The translations under genes were made by a program, and so were the position numbers. Below, piece by piece: positions 61,040 to 64,000 of a DNA stretch of 64,000 nt. Each line of letters starts with the position of its first letter. The first letter of the stretch is position 1. The notes under the pieces are model-generated. The model had not been told where the DNA came from, made no database searches, and worked only from the letters and a program-made list of their open reading frames with translations. Origin of the DNA: Macrostomum lignano (Eukaryota); NCBI GenBank assembly GCA_002269645.1, contig NIVC01003037.1, positions 59,708-123,707 of the forward strand, in the 5' to 3' direction.

Positions 61040-61870
61040 TGTTGGGATTAGGGATCTGGGATTAGGAATCTAAGTCTAGGGATCTGGGATTAGGGATCTG
61101 GGATTAGGAATCTAAGTCTAGGATCTGGGATTAGGGATCTGGGATTAGGGATCTGGATTAGGAATCTAAGTCTAGGGATCTGGGATTAGGGATCTGGGAT
61201 TAGGAATCTAAGTCTAGGGATCTGGGATTAGGGATCTGGCTGTAAGGATCTGGTATTATGGATCTGGGATTAGAGATCTGGGATTAGGGATCTGGTTTAG
61301 GAATCTGGGATTAAAAATCTGGGATAAGGGTCTGCGATTAGGGATCTGTGATTAGGGATATGGGATTAGAGATCTGTGAATAGGGATCTGAGATTAAAAA
61401 TCTGGGATTAGGGGTCTGGGATTAGAATCTGAGATTAGCGATCTGGGATTAGGGATCTGGGATTAGAGATCTTGGATTAGAATCTGAGATTAGGGATCTG
61501 GGATTAGAGATCTGGGATTAGCGATCTGGGATTAGAATCTGGGATTAGAATCTGGGATTAGAATCTGGGATTAGCGATCAGGGATTAGAATCTGGGATTA
61601 GAATCTGGGATTAGAATCTGGGATTAGCGATCAGGGATTAGAATCTGGGATTAGAATCTGGGATTAGAATCTGGGATTAGCGATCAGGGATTAGAATCTG
61701 GGATTAGCGATCAGGTATTAGAGATCTGGGATTAGCGATCAGGTATTAGAGATCTGGATTAGGGATCTGGGTTAGGGATCTGGGATTAGGATCTTGGATT
61801 TGTGATCAGGTACTAGAGATCTGGGATTTAGGGATCTGGGTTAGGATCTGGGATTAGGGATCTAGGATTA
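61040..61870. repeat. Degenerate ~13-14-bp repeat (CTGGGATTAGGGAT)n
   Basis: Imperfect tandem copies with sub-arrays. Confidence 0.88.
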
Positions 61871-62574
61871 TTTGTCTGGATTAAGAGTAGAATCATAAAT
61901 AAAAAATCATTTAACTAAGCAGGGAGTTCTAATCAAAATCTACTTGAAATTCTTCTCAAGCAGCACGCGGAGCAATAGAGCTGGAGAATCAAAGCTCGAA
62001 TGAAAATTTAATTTAGGGTAGGAGAGGGAGAATTTTTTACGATTCTTAAATTTAAATGAGACAATGCCCAGAAAGTTCTTTCGCAGGAAATTTTGCTGTT
62101 TAAAAATTCGCAATGTAAGTTTTGGGCACCCTTGTCGCCAATGCCTGTTTTTGCCCAATTCTGCCCATGATCCATTGACTCAGTGAGCACACACACAAGC
62201 GCACCAATGCTGTACGCAGAAAACAGAGAGAGGGACATAAAGAGGACAGATAGCTGGATAGGAAGATTCAGTCCGCACAGAAATTGAAATCGGATATCGC
62301 TGATGCATGCATTGAATTGCGGAATTTCGCTCTGCCATTGTCAGTTTTGGCAATGCATAATTGTATCAATAGTAGTACTCGTCTGCGTGTAACCGATTCT
62401 AGATTGAGTAGAAATATAATGCTCAACATGAGCAATTGTACGTAGTTAGTCATTAATGAGTATTTTTGTGTCTATTATTTAGCTTCTCACTGATATCTAT
62501 AGTTGAGTACATACAAATTTACTAAATGATTTTGTGGCAATAGTTAAATTTTTTCGGACTTTAAATAAAAGCGA

Positions 62575-62990
62575 TGGATTCTAAAAATGTGACGAAATCT
62601 AAAAAAGCGATCAATTCCAGGAATGTGACGAATTCTAAGAAAGCAATCAATTCCAGGAATGTGACGAATTCTAAGAAAGCGACCATTTCCATGAATGTGA
62701 CGAATTCTAAGAAAGCGATCATTTCCATGAATGTGACGAATTCTAAGAAAGCGATCAATTACAGGAATGTGACGAATTCTAAAAAGCGATCATTTACAGG
62801 AATGTGACGAATTCTAAGAAAGCGATCAATTGCAGGAATGTGACGAATTCTAAGAAAGCGATCAATTGCAGGAATGTGACGAATTCTAAGAAAGCGATCA
62901 ATTGCAGGAATGTGACGAATTCTAAGAAAGCGATCAATTGCAGCTAGAAAGGTGACGAATTCTGAGATAATGATCAAGTTGATGTAGTTA
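62575..62990. repeat. 36-bp minisatellite (GAATGTGACGAATTCTAAGAAAGCGATCAATTGCAG)n
   Basis: Direct tandem copies. Explains the 12-aa periodic ORFs. Confidence 0.9.
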
Positions 62991-64000
62991 ACGAATTTCT
63001 TAGCAATTGATCAATTCCAAGAAGATAACGAATTCTAAGAAAGCGGAAGCGATGTTTGTATATTCAAGGGTTCATCTACGGTTCCAAGAACTCGAAAATT
63101 TTAATACATAATAACCGAACCGATGTACTTTAAGAATTGCGACTAGGCCACTCTAAATCTCTGGGACTTCTTGATTCTCAAACTTCTTAAAAATATATAA
63201 TAGTAAGAACAGTTGACCCAGTAATGCCCTGGGGACAGACGGCTGCAGTTGGTGCAAGGGTTTCACAAGGTCGGAAGTTCACAGCGCCGAAAACTACTGC
63301 ATGTTTTTTGTCATATCAAGTTTTCGAATAGGTTTCTTTTAGATCTGGACAAGGAGCACTAGAACTAGATTTCCGGAGTGGATCATCGACCCTACGTTTC
63401 GAAAAATCTTCTTTAAACTTTTACAGTTCCTTGGGTGAAATCCATTACTCGTCTTTCCTTTCTACCTTTGGAAAATTTTTGGAACTGAAAGGATTAAGCG
63501 AAGACGGCGAGGCAAAGGGAATGACGAGCGGATTAGAATGATGAGAATTTCTAGATGAGGTCAGATTTTCAAAAGAATTTCTTTGCGCAATGTCTATTTT
63601 ACCGTTTGTCGGAGGGATGTCGTCATCGGTGAGATTAAGTCGTAAATGATAAAAAACACAACTCCGTCTTAGCCTATATCTTGTCTAGCTAAATAAAGCA
63701 AAAAAGTTTTAGTTGAAATGAGCTGCAGTTTATGTGACTGCCGTGGCCAGATATTTTCCACAGTATAGCTCTAATTAAGCTCCACAGTTGGTTTTAAGCT
63801 CAATTTCTCTCTCAGGGGTTCCGTCTTTTTGCCAGGTATTCTGTCTGTCAGTCACAGTCAAGTCAGCGAAGCTGTCAGTCAGTCAGTCAGTCAGGCCTGT
63901 GACTTCCTAGCGTGCGTGCGAGAAAAAACTGTAGATTCATCTCCGCCCCCTCCCTCTCTCTCCAGCTCTCAAGCTACTCCAAGGCTCATTAGAACGCCGA

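Noticed and set aside
62008-62453. Two short minus-strand ORFs, one with a signal-like N-terminus
   Set aside because: Short, no recognisable family, and exon joins are not convincing.
63200-63640. Possible decayed retroelement ORF1 on the minus strand
   Set aside because: Multiple stops and no diagnostic motif such as a zinc knuckle or RT.

Overview
This window is eukaryotic (metazoan) genomic DNA rich in minisatellites. Its composition resembles Macrostomum-type flatworm assemblies, but that is an unverified guess. Recognisable spliced genes are a GDP-fucose transporter (SLC35C1, minus strand, 3 coding exons), a kinesin-8 of the KIF19 type (plus strand, 11 exons, 14471-25751) and the U5 snRNP assembly factor AAR2. 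The two main AAR2 exons are separated by a single 17,023-bp intron almost entirely filled by a 30-bp satellite of roughly 570 units. Also present are two exons of a possible PAGR1/PA1-like gene, an intronless secreted PAN/Apple + C-type-lectin gene, an orphan two-TM ORF and a tRNA-Thr(CGT). Mobile elements include a full-length mariner with TIRs and TA TSD, two hAT-type MITEs with 8-bp TSDs (one swollen by an internal minisatellite), a decayed Harbinger-like element, a possible solo LTR and two tRNA-derived SINE families. Nearly every long intron carries its own unrelated 21-33 bp minisatellite. Several genes show single-base frameshifts at short homopolymers, most likely long-read consensus errors. 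No CRISPR array or prokaryote-type system is present, and the long repetitive ORFs are translations of tandem repeats.
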